Shown in pieces: positions 36,601-51,214 of a stretch of 64,000 nucleotides of DNA (position 1 is the first letter of the stretch; each line of letters opens with the position of its first letter). A program made the position numbers and the translations under genes. Origin of the DNA: Raja brachyura (Eukaryota); contig OY740787.1 of NCBI GenBank assembly GCA_963514005.1, forward strand, positions 34,968,001-35,032,000, given 5' to 3'. The notes under the pieces are model-generated. The model searched no databases, was not told the DNA's origin, and worked only from the letters and a program-made list of their open reading frames with translations.

Positions 36601-38639
36601 CCTAACAGCAGAAAGAATAGGAAGCTGGTTCTATTCATGATTTGCAGGGGTCCTACTGAATCAGTGGGGAAAGGCAAAAAGCCCCTCCACCACTTCTGCA
36701 TTAACTTGTATTATAACAGGATTAAAGTAAATTTAGCTCCTGTATTAGCATACTTTAACCCCATTCACTCTTACTTGATGTTTCCGATGGCCTTTGATCA
36801 GCCTTGCATGGTGCTGGTCAACTCAGAACGAAGCAGTCAGAAGTGAGACTGTGAAATTATCCTGATGTTGGATCTCACAAGAAATGTTTGTTGGAGCTTT
36901 CATCCACTTTCAGAGAACACCCTTACAGTTCCCATCCCATTCTGTGAAAGTAACTTTTGATCTCATCAGAAGATGGCCACTTGCCAGTCAGCCAGTATAT
37001 ATTTTAAGAAAGGGAATTTGAAATGTATTTCATTTTTTTATCATCTTGTCATGCTATTTCTAGAGCTTATTCTCCCATTTATGTATTCATTTGCATATAA
37101 ATTAAACGCGCATTGTTGCTTCCAGGCAGTTGTGCACAAAAACATTGACTTTACCAGAGTTCTTTGTTTTATTGCTCCATGCAGCAGCTAAATGGAAGGG
37201 TGGAGAAACCAGAGTAAATTTGTACCAATTTAATTGCTTGTTTGTTTTCTAACTATCCTTTTAATATCTGTATTTTTAAACATTTGCTCACTGTAACCCA
37301 AAAAAAACATGACTAATATGACATAGAAGCTAAAAATGCAAAAGCGTTCTAATACTTTCAGCGTTAACCTACTGAGGAAACCTACTGCGGGAAGTATGTA
37401 TTCAAAAAATCTTCAGGTTTATAAATACAGTGTAGGCACCGAAACAACAGCTTGGGTGATGTAAACTCATGCTTAAGGAATTCACAAATCACTACCAAAA
37501 GAATTGAGGTACAAAATAAAAATGTGTCCGAATGAAATTTATGTGAGAAAAAAAAAACAAAGAAATACAAAACGAAATACAGAAGAAATAGCAAATGTTG
37601 TTAATTTTTCTGAAGAGTTTGTATTACATAAAATCGCAATACAGACGGGTTTCCAAGAAAACCGGGGGTGTATAAAGCGGGGGTGTACCATACATTCATA
37701 TTATGTAGCTTCTTGCTTACATTTGGAAATCACTAAACTGAAACTGTTTCGCAAATATGATTCTTAGATGTTAAATCCAAATGATTAAAGCTAAAATTAA
37801 TGGGTTTGGCACATTTTACTGAATTTAACAGGTTAAGCCAATGTATCTGGTACAGATAACTAAATTATAATTATCATTATCATAAGACATGTAATTTCAA
37901 GAATTAATTAGGTACTTCTGAAAAATGCTTATATTATGTCAATAGCTGAGTAGATTTAATTAGATAATGGTATGCAGTATATAGGCATAGATAATTTTTG
38001 AGATTGTTATTGAGCTGTAATTCAATCCCAAAGTGATTACCTTTTGTTACAAGGGGAAATATCCTTACATTACGTACAATGTTACCATTATTATTATTTT
38101 TTTAATGGTTCAGTAAATATTGTTCAAATGGCCAATTTCTCATGAAGCTAGGAAAAAGTTACATGGAGAAATTATGGAAATAAATTGTTGGAATCACCAA
38201 ATTTCAAACAAATGTTAACATTTTTCTGCAGTTTCTGTTATAATCACAATGGAAAAATAAGTTTAATATCTCTTACTTTTTTATTTTAAATGTTTTCAGT
38301 GATTTGGAACTTTAAGTTGAAAGTTTTTTTGCTGCCCTTATGTACGCTTCAGAATTCATGAAAACTACTTCCTAGTTGTAGGATAGATCTAGTGTATGGG
38401 GTGATTTTCTTGTCTTATCCTTTTCTTATTAACAAATAGTTAATAAAAGCTCATTCTAAGAATATGAAGACTTTAGAGCAACTTAATAAAAAGGTTTATT
38501 CTTCAGATTATTAAATAAGATAGAAACCCGGCAGCTGTTGTTTGTAAAGGAAAAATGTTGGATCCCAAAATGTTTGGATGTAATTTGTGCAGTGTTGGAA
38601 AACTGGACATATTTCAGTGCAATCACTTAATGCATTGAA

Positions 38640-39370
38640 TCATGGTCAGGATCAAATTATTTTAATGATGTACTTATTCAATTTATAGAATATAAGGGCA
38701 AGGAAGTCATGAAAAGTCTTTGTAAAACATTGGTTCTGCTCCAACTGCATTACAGCATCCAATTCTGGACACCATGCTTCAGGAAATATTTGAAGGCTTC
38801 GGAGAGGATGCAGAAGAGATGTATTCAAATAAATCAGGAGATGAAAGATGTTAGTTGTGTAGATTGACTGGAGATTACGCTTTTTTTTCTCTCTCCTTGG
38901 AACAGGGGCAGTTGATTATGGATCTGATACTTAAATCAGGGTCAAGGCAGACTGAATGGAGCAAATCAGTTCCCATTGATGACATTTAAGAATCAATGTT
39001 AACTGACCAAAGAACCACAAGTAGCACAGGCAAAGGATTTCCTCATGGTACAAGTGGCTAGGATTCAGAAAGTAAAGCCAGTTGGGTGGTGGACAACAAG
39101 CAATGAAAAATCTGCAGATACTAGAAACCCGAAATAAAAACAGAAATTCTGGATACATTAAGCCGGGTAGACAACATCAATGGGGAGAGAAACACTTAAC
39201 TGTCAGGTTTGGGGATAGTGGAAAATAAAACAGATTAATAGCAGTACTCAGAGAGGAAGGAAATGTTTAGGGTGATGGGGAAAGCACAGCAGAAAATATT
39301 AAGCTGAATCACAATTGCATTAGCCTGGCATGTACTTGATGGGCCAAATGGTCTGAGTTGCTATTTTTTG
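38640..39370 (+). mobile_element. Old CR1 3' fragment with a PLE pLTR piece (~39100-39210)
   Basis: catccaattctggacaccatg..aggaa...ggagaggatgcagaagaga. Tail ttgatgggccaaatgg. Confidence 0.65.
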
Positions 39371-42169
39371 TGATGCCATTGTCCTGTAATATCAATGCTA
39401 ATATGGTGGCATAATCATATTAATTTAATGTATCGGCTGCTTTATGGATGAAATCAGCAAATTGTAAGTAAATATGTGAACACACTTGTTTAAATAATGG
39501 ACAGAGCCTTTTACAGACTTGTAATAACAGAAGTACAATTGCAATGCTCACAAAATATCTAGACAAAAATATAATTTATGAAATATAGACATAAACAAAA
39601 TATTCCCTTGTAGGAAAATAAATTTAACTAAATCCATTAATTCAAAATATAGAACGTATTTTCTGTAAAAGTAAAACAAAAGCAAAATATAAATGTGGTA
39701 TGGTTATTTCTGTTATCAATTCTAGTCCTTGGTTTTACATGTCAAGATGAAATGCTGTTAAGTTGTTTTATTTTTGCAAAGTTCATTTTAGTGCTATTAA
39801 GTTATATTTAATTAAAATGTAACTCATTTATTGTAGTTGAAGCATTCCTTAAATAGATCATAAGGCTCTTTGTATTAAAAAAAAAGCAACTGACAGCAAT
39901 AATTTAAAATACCTTTAATGTCTTAGATGATTTTGTTTATTTTGATCCTTACATTTTATGGATAATTTCTACAAATGAAATTATGTTATATTATATGGAG
40001 TACCATCAATAATTAAATTTCATTTTCGTGTTCTATCACTACATATTACAATAGCTTCATTATGACTGCATTAGGCTGGAGATAATTGTCCAAATTTTGG
40101 ATTGTTGAAGCTACTAATTCTGTGCTGCAATTTTAGCTGTGCCGTGTAACCATGCAAATCTACATCAGCCAAAGCAAATATCAAATATAAAATCAAGTTT
40201 TTTTCTCCTATAATAATTTGACTTCTTCCCCAACCATACAAGAACACTCCATCCCCCGCATATGTTCTTTTTTATTTCATTTCCTGCTATTATACTTGCC
40301 ATTCCTGTGAGATTGCTAATTTATGTATAAATGTAAGTAGGTTTTTATAGTGGGTTCATGGGTCGATGGGAATTCATTTTATATATGAACCCTATAGCCA
40401 GCTTTGAGGAGAGATTTTCATTCCATCATTTCAGTCTGCAATCAAATCCATGGCCCAAAGGTAAAAAGCCAATATGTACTGAACCATGGGAATATTTTAT
40501 CCATCGTAATATATATGAAATGATCAAGTATCATAGTGCTTCTGACATTCTTTAAAAAGGAAATGCAAGAACACTGCCATTGAAATGCTTGAATAAACTG
40601 AAATATATGAAAACCTTTTAAGAGCTTCAAAAATGACCACATTGAATTGAAAAGATCACTTCACTAGGTCCATTCAAGCTCAAAAACAAGAAATTACCAT
40701 AAACTGCATAATCACCGTAAGGCGTATTGCTTCTCTGTTAATGAGCCTAAAACTTTTATGCAATGTGTACTATTTTCCAAGAATACACGAAGAAAAACAT
40801 TTAGGCTTAGATTAATATTATTAACATAGTTGGTTCATCATAAAGCACCATTAATTGAAGAACTGGATTTGACCAGATTTTCAGCTGAAAGATGGGACAA
40901 AAATTGTTAGACTCACACACTATCACTGTCCAGTGATTTCCTATTGAAAAAGGGTGCATGTGTGGATCTTGGTTGAGGCCAAAGATCATAGAGGTTGAGG
41001 CCGGGTAGAGGACTGCCACACTAACGTCCACAAATGAATATTCTGCTGATATTAACCATGAGGATTATATATGAAAAATTGATTCTTGGTTAAATTATAG
41101 ATGCAATACATAAGCACTGTAGATTTTGACACCTGCAAAGATAATGAAAAGAAAATTAGAACAAATAAAAATACACTAAAATGACATTTTATAAAAAGTA
41201 TCATCAATTGCTTCACTGCTTGAATGTAGTTTCTCACATGGACTTGTTTTCCTAACTTGTATTATTTTGTACTGTTATCTCTAAATGTAGGCATAAAAGT
41301 GTACTACTAATAATGAAACGTACAATCTTAATGGTTATATTGTAAAAATTAATGTCAATTTTAAAGAATATAAAATCAAGTACATATGTACTTATGTGCA
41401 ACAAATCAAGTCTTACAAGGAGTCAACAACAAAATATTGTGGGGAAATTAATTTTGTTTTTTATGTTTTTTCATTCTTTTTATTTCAGTGCTGAAGTTTC
41501 TGTACTTTTGCACTTCTATGTATTTGTATGTTCTGCTGTTCAATGTTTTTCTCTCATTCCTTCATTCTGGCTTTCTTTGCTTCCTCCCTTTTTATATATT
41601 TTTTCTTATTTATGGTATCTCTTCGATTTTAGGGTCCATCATTGGGAGCGGTATGCTGAAAGGTCAACTGCTTCCAGCATTTACCAAAGTCAGCTTTGGT
41701 TCAACCATTTGGAGCTATATGTTTCATATCAGCAAAAACCCATTGTATGTGATTCAATTAATCACAAAATCAGAAACAGGCCCATTAGCCCACCAAGTCC
41801 ATGTCATCCCATCAAATTTGTTACTCTTTTCTACATTCAGCATTCTGTTCACATAGCATGTATTTCTGTTTAGTTTATTAGTCTTCTGGCTATTTTAATT
41901 TATATAATCATTCCCTGTATTTTCTTTTTATCAACATTTATTATTGATTCCAGATCTTGTTCCAGATCTTTGATATGTCTCTGTGTATGTTAAGGCCCAA
42001 GGTAAAATTTGAAAAAAATGCTAATCATAAGCAATCTAAAACAAGTGCAAAAAAAGTATGCATCCAATGATCATCGTATGAGAACCAACCAGGATTTATC
42101 ACAATATTATTCAGGAAGTAAGGAAAAAGCATAGAATATCAAATAAAGATCCAACTGATAAGCATAAGA

Positions 42170-42970
42170 AAAACACGATAGATATGGAAATTGACATAGA
42201 AAGTGCAGTATAGAATGGTGAATTGTATGCAATTCAAGGTGGGCTAGCCATTTGGATTCAATATTAGCATGGAGGAATGAGTCAAAGGGCAGTTGTTGTT
42301 GATTTTCATACTGGAAGTCTGTGACCAGTAGAGTGCTGCAGGGTTCAGTGCTGGGCCTACTGCTGCTTGGTATATACATGAATGATTTGGATGACAATGT
42401 AGTGAATATTGTTACTAAATTTGCAGGTGACATCAAAATTAGAAGTAGGTACAAAGTGAGGAAGGATATCTTATTTTACACCAAGATTTAGAACAGTTGG
42501 GAAACCAGGCCAAAGAACATCAAATAGACATTAACTCAGACAAAGGTGCGGTTTTGCACTTTACTATGTCAAATCAGGGCAGGACTTGGTAGAACCTTGG
42601 AAAGTACTGCAAAACTGAGAAACCTGGCTGTACAGGTGCAAGTTCCAAAACCTGACAAGTCATGTGGACAGTGTGGTGAACAAGTCATTTAGCATGCTTA
42701 CCTTTATAGGGAAGGGTATTGAGGTCCCTCTCCCTTCTGACCTTTGAGGGTATTATGAATTTGAAATATGCATCCAGAGGAAGCTATAGAAATGCATGCA
42801 ATCATGACTTTTAAAGACATTCAGACTGATATATGGGTAGGAAGTGTTTCGAGGCTATGGGCCAAATGCAGGCAAATGGGATTAGTCCAGAATGCCAATG
42901 TGGTTGGCATGGACAGGGTGGACCGAAGGGCATGTTTCGGTGATACACCACTCAATGACTCCATGGTTCT
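42170..42970 (+). mobile_element. CR1 RT-to-tail fragment; last large TE before the en1 domain
   Basis: gtgaccagtagagtgctgcagggttcagtgctgggcct (VTS.V.QGSVLGP), aaatttgcaggtgacatcaaaatt (KFA.D.KI), tail ggaccgaagggcatgtttc. Confidence 0.82.
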
Positions 42971-45900
42971 ATGCTGGAAATTTCAGCAGAATCGTGAAAA
43001 GTGGGATAACTAGGGTTTTTGCTAAATTGATGAAGAAGGGAGTAATAAAACAGAAACTACTAAAGCAGAAAATGGTCCAGTCACTTGACGTGATATCACC
43101 ATGCAACCGACTTTTTAAACTCCCTTGTTAAAAAGATGTGAATACATTTACATATGAGTATCATTTTACATAAACTACATAGAATAATATATTAACCAGA
43201 TTCCCTTGTTACAAGCTACAGTCACTCAGAAATATGACTCCATGTCTATTACTGGAATCAGCATGTATTGTTAAGTATGTATAATGTTAATGGAATTTGA
43301 ATAATCAGCTCAATGTGGTCACTGTTTATAAATTTGTACTATTTCATTGTCATCTACAACCTACTTGGTAACGTTTGCACAGTATAGATGAAACATGTAT
43401 CACCATTACAACATTTTTTTAACATAACTGGGTTCCCACGAAGAATATGTTATATTCACTAATTATTGATGATACTTGTTGGTTCACCATTAAGGTGGAA
43501 GTGCACATAGTTTCAGAATGATTGATGTGCAAAAGACCAATGTCTCCAATCAAAGCTTGTGCCAAAAAGAAAAAAAATTGAAAGTGAAAAGTTACCAGCT
43601 GTATTTTTGAATAGGGTAGACTTTTAGTATTCAAATAATTACAAGACTAGATGTGACATTCATATGAAAATAATTGCTTTGAAGTGTTCCTTTAAAACTT
43701 AAAAGAAGCATTTTAAAAGAGTCTTATGTTGGTTGTGTTTTATCAAGCTTCACATTAACTTGAAGTTATATGGTATGACTTGATTAAAGAAAACAAACCA
43801 GTCTCCACCCCAAGTTATGTGCAGTTGCAGTCCTTGAATCAGTCAAAGTATTTGCCTAGATTGCCTTTCTTTCTTATCGTCTTCCCTGGTGAAGGAAAAA
43901 AATGCTTCACTTGGTGTCTCCCCAGATGTTTGTGCAGTCACTCTGTGTGGGAAATCAAGCAAATCAGTGATCCATTAGAGAAGCAATATGTTGTGCCATT
44001 CATATCGGCATGGTATATTTGATTCTAAACATTTTACAGTGATAGTGAAGGTTTTTCTTCTCCTCAATCTAATTGTAAACCATATTCTTGTAAGCAGAAT
44101 GCGAGGAGAGAATAATTTTTATTTGATGTCACATTTCATGTATTCTGGATTTTTTGTCAGATTTGTTATTATTGATGGAGAGGACGATGTGAGGATTCTT
44201 TTCAATATTGTTGACTTTGAATTTAAAAGTATTTTCTTCATATATTGTCTAGTTTCTCACATCTAATAAATAAATGTCTTCAAGCAGACTGAAGATTGGA
44301 GTCACATCAGAAGTATGTGAACATGTGCACTACACATGGCTTCCTTGTGATGCATTGCTACCACATACCGGCTCAACTGTTCTGGAGCAGTCTAAATGTC
44401 GAAAGAAACTGGTGAAATAAAAAAGAGAATCCTCATTTATCCTTCTTAACCCACCTCTGAAACATTTCCATTTGAATTCTGTATCTGCCTTTGATCAATG
44501 CCAAGTGTATTTCTGTATCGGATCTGTTCTATTCTTTACTAACATTCGCTTGTGGTTTTATTTTTACTAGGATCATATACACACAAAAAAAATCCAATAG
44601 TGCAGTCGCGGATCCCACTTACAGCACCATCGTTGATGAAATTACCAGACTGCAATTTCTAGCAATAACAGGAAAGTAAAATGGAAACTTTAGTTTGGTT
44701 CGCATTTAACATGTAATTATTTTCTCTGTTCGTGCCTTTTATTTTAAAGGCCGAAGAGCAATTAATGCTAAAACATGCGGTTGGTGGTGAAATACTGGTC
44801 ACGATCTGAAATCTAATATGCTATATTGAGAATCTCATTACTTTTCCCTGGGAAAGTGTAATCTCTCCGCGGGTCTCGCTTAATAAATGGGGATCAGCAT
44901 ATATGCACGGATTCAAATGTTTACTCTTTCAGGTACGTAGCCGGTGAACACATGAGCAGGCATAGAATGTAAACTCTGATGGATGCATTGCTAAAGGCTT
45001 GCAAATATAAAATGTCTGCATTTAATGCGTATTAGTCTAATTTGATTTAATACGACTGAAGTACCAACGAGGAGACAAGTAAACTCTGTGAAATGTTTTT
45101 CAAAGTTATTTCTTTGCCTTGACCTTGTAGGTGCACTGACAGTTTCTACATACACGTATTATAATCTGTAAATTCACTGCTATTTAACTTACTAGAAATA
45201 ATTTTAAAAATAGCCATTTCATCCAAACTACAAATAGAAATAGCAATATTTAACCACTTATATTCACAATAAATTATATTTTTCAACGATTAATTTCGAA
45301 ATGTCCATTCTGAATGAAATGCTTGAAAGGCCAGCTGAATGCAATAACTGATTTGTTGGTATTTAATATTGCGTATGTTTTAGTACAACTCTTCCTGTTA
45401 TGTCATTTCATGCATTTTTTTGGCATAATCTAGGCTGTTAGGCTTTCAAAAATACCAAGTACGATTGAGGCCCCATTATGCAGTAAATGCTGAGTTGTAA
45501 CGTTGACAATATTTCTGAAAATTCTAAGGACGCTAGGGTATTAAAGTCTCACATGATGCACAAATCTATTGACCAACGATATTATTTTCTGTGTATTATT
45601 GTTGAAATGTTATACATTTAGAAGGATCCTTGTAAATATAATTAGTGAAATTTGTGTATTTTGTTTCTGTAGTTTGTCCATGCGTGGGTCTTCAACACCA
45701 ATTGGCGTTATTTATTGAGTGAAATAAACCAACTTATTTATTTCTCGAGCGTACAGTGTTTCAAGTACATAGCCAAACGTGATGTTCTGATAGGTCAATA
45801 AAGTTGGAATAATATTATTCAATATACAAGGAACGCAATACATGGATGCTCAAAGATTTGTCTATCAGATGAAGGTCGTATTCATATTTAGTCATTGAAA

Positions 45901-47449
45901 AGACAAATATCAATTTAGCATTCAACCGTGTCCAATGCAACGTTCTAGACGGAATGTTTGGAAAATGAGTCGATGGCCAATTATTTACATTTTTAGCCTG
46001 GTTGTACCAAAGATAACGTTTTTATTAAGCAAACTCTTTTAATGTCTGTGAGTTGTTTGTCGCTTATTTACAATGTATCCTGTTTAACTATCTGCTTGAA
46101 ATGTTATAGATTATGTTGCAGGCCAGTGATTCACCTAAAGTTGAAATGACTTCATTCAAAAAGAAGTGTGCTCATTTAAGCGTTCTCTCTGATGTAATTT
46201 TGGAAAAAAACAGAAATTCTACTTGCACAGAAATAATGAGCTTTCGCTTTGTTTTGAATACTATAAAATGTTGGAATTAAATTGATTATTTCGTTTAAAA
46301 AAAGCTTTCTTTTTTTTTGCAAAATCGGACGAAGACAAAAATACAGACGGTTTTTTTCCAGATGTTCTGTCCTTCAAACATTCTAACCGTTTGCAAATTG
46401 TGCATTATACATTTTTTATTGATCCAACTTATTATGACCCTTGCAATAGAGTACATAAGAGTGTATTCTGTAGCATGATAATGACATTTATTTCTGCGTT
46501 TGTTTCTGAAATCTGACTTTTAAATGTTTCTTAATTTGTGTAGCAAATTTCACGTGGCCCAGCATCGGGTCACCTCAGGGCATGTCAGCATATACAACTG
46601 TCGTTAAAATTATTAGTAATACTTTTTTTCCCTTTGTGTAGAAGCGCATGTATATTCATGGGTCACTTTGTCCTGGTCAGTAATTACTCCTTTCCAGTCT
46701 GCAATGGTGAGGTGAATTTGAATGATTTCCCCACGTTTCTGTTCTTGCTTTTTGCGATGGAATAGTGATCTCCACTTCGATCCATTTCTGCCACGGAAAA
46801 GTTTATTATCTTTATCGCCGATTAGCATTTTTAAAGTTTTGTAAACATGTGATTTGTGCTGGGATTGTAACCAAGGGCTTTTTTTATAAAGTTATTATGT
46901 TCCAATTGAACGCCCATCTAGTTAAATTTTATTGCGATAACTGGTCTGATTCTCTGTCGAGTAACTGCTTTCCAATATCGGTCCATGTATTTTCTAGTAA
47001 CTCTTAGCAAGACCTTGCACTTATTCGTTTGCCGTTTACAATCAGATGTTCAAGAGAAACTTCCAATGACGAAAGCATTGCCAAAGCAAGGTAATGTTGA
47101 TTTTGTTTTAATCATTGTAGCTTTTCCTCAAGGAAGCTTTTGTAATACAATACATTTAAAAATCTAATTTGCGGAAACAATATGTGATATTAGGCACATT
47201 TCATAACATAATCAGAATCTGATGTAACGGAAAATTCACCTCACATTTTGACTGACCCCATAGCTAAAGGAAACCTAAAGAACTTGCATGGAATTATTTA
47301 ATTTGTTGTTCGGGTCGATAATATGACCGTTCAGACGCTGGATTTATTTCTAGCGCTTCCATAACAGCAAATTATTCAGTTTGTGACAATCACTGAGATT
47401 GCCTCATTTTTTAATATCAAATAAAAAATCAAATTTCACTTCCAACGAT

Positions 47450-47453
<4 letters not shown>

Positions 47454-47497
<44 letters not shown>
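47454..47497. repeat. (CT)22 microsatellite
   Basis: Perfect dinucleotide run read directly. Confidence 0.97.
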
Positions 47498-47498
<1 letters not shown>

Positions 47499-48611
47499 GT
47501 AAGTATCGTATTTGAATAGTAAAAATGTTTGAATAAACAGCAATGCATTACAGTTTGCATATTTACTGGTAGGAAGCAATTAATTTCTTCTTTTGTAATT
47601 GTCTCGTCTTTTTTTTATGTTTTAACATACTTTAGTAAAAGTAAAATGTCTGCAGATTGGAGTAATCGCTTATATCTGTTCCATTTTGTCGCACTCATTT
47701 ATGATTTGAAATTTCTAAGTAATGTGAACCATTAATTCGTGTGTTTTTTTTTTCTTAGATGACTAATGATACCATATAAACGTGAGCACGCCTCTTCGGC
47801 TGCTGCTGCGCAAGTGGAAATTATTGGAACACTATTCCGAACAGAATGACCTATTTTTTTGGTTCACTGGGCAGAACGAGCAAATACGAACGGCACTGGC
47901 GAAAACTACTTTATTTCAATCAACTTAACAGTTGTTCATTTCCAGGAATAAACCTGAATAACCTGCCACAGTCCGAAATTATGTCAGTGTAATTTATCTC
48001 AAAAGAAGCCCCGAGTAGCAAACCTTAAGAGATGGGCGTTAAAAACCTGGAGCTGGATGATCTTGTACTCACGTACGCCTTTTAGGTTAGATACCCTTCC
48101 AAAGACTTCACTCTCAGAAGTCGTTTATGTTGGAATTAATGACTTTGAAATATATTAGGCAGAAATTAAATATTTTCCAATTTGAAACTGTTTTGGAAAT
48201 GTCATGATGCCAGCCATGTTACCTTGTAGTTTGCATTTACGCCAGTCATCATCAGGAGAGTATAGTGATTAAATAAGTCTATGATATCAGGTGAAGCAGA
48301 ACAAACGCTAAGCCTTTGATTCGATGAACGTAACGCCATAATAATGCCAAATATCCATACAGATATAAATCAAGGCAACAGTTGATCTGCAAGGGTTGAA
48401 GTAAAGGATGCACATGTATATGTCCACCTCAAATGTATATGAAGACCCTGTCACTGCATGAAATGCTGACTGCAAAAATAAAGCCGTGCTCTTCATATAC
48501 AGTCCGAAGCAAGATTCGGATTATCATATGCCGCGAATAAAGTGAGTGTAGTCTGAGAAAATCATGGGATGGGAAGCAGAAACTGATCATATTTCGATAT
48601 AAGGACATATA

Positions 48612-48662
48612 AAAATAGAAACATAGAAAATAGATGCCGACGTAGGCCATTCGGCCCTTCAA
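48612..48662 (-). mobile_element. ~50-bp extreme 3' tail of CR1
   Basis: tagaaacatagaaaatag...gtaggccattcggcccttc matches the tails at 18408 and 61865. Confidence 0.7.
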
Positions 48663-51199
48663 ACGGACGGAACAATAATTTTGTTTGCAATTGTTTCGCT
48701 GTATAATAATAGTATGTGGTTTTCAGGGAAGTGAAATAACACTTTAAAGGACGGTCAAGTTATTGAAAGTGTAGTTTGCTTGACCGTATTCATATAGAGT
48801 GCGCTGTCAAAGAAGCATCTGACAGTCTGCTCTACTTATTAGGTATTAGGTGTATACAATATGGGAAGTGAAACCGTCTATTCAATGCAGGAAAACGCGC
48901 TTCCTTTCTGATAGCTAAACTAGTTGTTGCTTTGCCTCGCACGTAAACGCATGGTTCTGAATGATCTTCTATTGCAACGAACAACAAATAACAAGTTGGT
49001 AACTTTGATCTGCCCTGAATATTTTGCATAGCTTGAATAGCCGCCAGAATTCGTGTTTTGACTGGCTAAAATGAAACTATAAATACGTGGGTATTGTTAC
49101 TGGGAAAACCTTCGTTGAAATTAACTACTCTATTTTTTAGATATGGGAAACTTCCTTGCAATAATTTTAGGAGGGATATCTAGAACACGATCATTGCGTG
49201 AGAAACAAACAAAAGTTGACATTCACGCTAATATGGCTATATACATTCATGCTGTCGTCCACATCTGTCCAATCAGCTTATCATTGTTCCTATAAAACAG
49301 ACATGAAACATGGAAGCCAATAGTTAGCAACGTACTCGGCTTTCCAAAGCTTACAATCAACTCACATCTGTTTTTTAAGGGGCACCACCAACTAAAATGT
49401 CTGTCGAATATTCTTATTAAGCTAATAACCGCCGGGTATTGTGTGCTCTTTTAATTCATCCTCGTTGTCCAGATTATGCTCTTTGACCCCACAAGGAAAG
49501 TAGCCTCTCCCGCCTACTCCTGTGTCTAGTGTTATTCCGGAACAGGGCCACAAACTACAAGGTGACTGACAGTAGACATAAGATTGGACCCTCCAGGGCG
49601 TCTTATGAAAGTGAAACTGGCGTGTCATGCTAAAGATACCTGCCTGGCGACGGAAATAAACACGCACACTGTTTATTAGATATATATGTACATACAAATA
49701 TATATGTAGATATAATTCTATAGGCTATATTGGCAGAATAGTAAACAATGAATATCATCTTAGCCAAATAATTAAATGAAATATTTTGCACGATGCTAGT
49801 CGTGATTTGTTTGTTTTCTCGCTGTACGAAATCAGCGTATGTGTTACAGATGTGTATTATATGACAGATATAAACAAAAACTTTCCGTGCAGATGTATTC
49901 CTAACTCGAAGTCTCTGACACGACATTAAATTGTTACATCTTTCATAACTGTGAAAGCTGCGGGAACGTTTCGTGGCCCATCTAACTCTATTTTCTCCTT
50001 TAACTTCCTTGTGTTCCATCTGCATATAAATGCATGTATTTATATTATTCATAATATACATACAGACGAAACATGGGCTACACCCAATTGAACATCATAG
50101 GGTAACGACGGCGGTATCGAATGTCGTTGTAATTCACTCGAACGTTCCTAAATATGCTTTTCATAATGTAGTTTGCCATAAAGGTTTATGCCACAGTTCA
50201 CTGGTTGATGTGGCTACGACCGATTTGTCAACACGATTATTTGTTTCAAGCTGGTATTAAATAAGTACTGTATATTTTTAACGCACTGTAGTGCATCTCG
50301 TAAACCCACCAATTGTACTTAATTAGCAAACTAACTGAAGGAGTCTCGGTCTAAACTTTCCTATATTAACCCAAGTTTACTTTACTTTCTTCAACACATT
50401 TTGTGACCAGCAAACGGTTAGTGTCTTTGTACTTAAGCATATTTTAATTAAACAATATATTATGTAATAAGAAATGTCTTAAAAGATGATACTTTATAAA
50501 TATTGGCAGTTGCCAAATATTAAAAGTGAACTAAGACAATATGACTTCTGACATATATAAATAATTGGATTATGTAAATATTAGTCTGCAGAATTCACAT
50601 CAGCATATTTCACACATTCTTTATCGTAGACTTTCCTAGCTGAAGCTCATTTCTTCCTCTCCATTTCAGGTTGACTTAATACTCAAACATGTAGACTGTG
50701 AACTAATCAAGATAAATCCATACATTTCTCTTTTGGTGAAACATTACCAGTTATGTAATAACTGAAGCTATCGTCAAATGTCCTGCACGAGTGAAGAGGC
50801 GTGTATTTTAACACGTTGTATTTCCATCTTTGGAAAATATCAGCTACATCTTCAGTATTCAGGAAAAATTATGAAGCTCAATAAACCTCACGCGGGCTCT
50901 TTAAAAAAAATACACAACAGATATACTAAAGGTCACATTAGCAAAAAGATTCATTAGTTCATTAGTTTTATTAGTTTGTAAACGTTTGGTTAACAAAGAG
51001 AAAACATACGACCAAAACGAACGAGAAAACAAGATGGCCCTCAGCATCTTTACTATATGCTAAACTTTGTTCTAAATGGTCGACCAATAGAACATTTCGT
51101 TTTTCTCTACAACTTAACAACGCAAAATTGGTGCACCTAGTTAAGTGTGAATGAGAAAATATGCTTCACTGCTCGCTGCATAGAATTTGATTTCAACCA

Positions 51200-51214
51200 A
51201 AGCTAGAGGGCGCT
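51200..51214 (+). promoter_or_regulatory. Candidate CTCF site (forward)
   Basis: AAGCTAGAGGGCGCT vs consensus CCACTAGAGGGCGCT. The 3' 12 nt match and the 5' end diverges. Confidence 0.4.

Noticed and set aside
41352-41873. 173-aa hydrophobic plus-strand ORF
   Set aside because: Driven by T-rich low complexity, runs into a LINE tail, and shows no splice or homology evidence.
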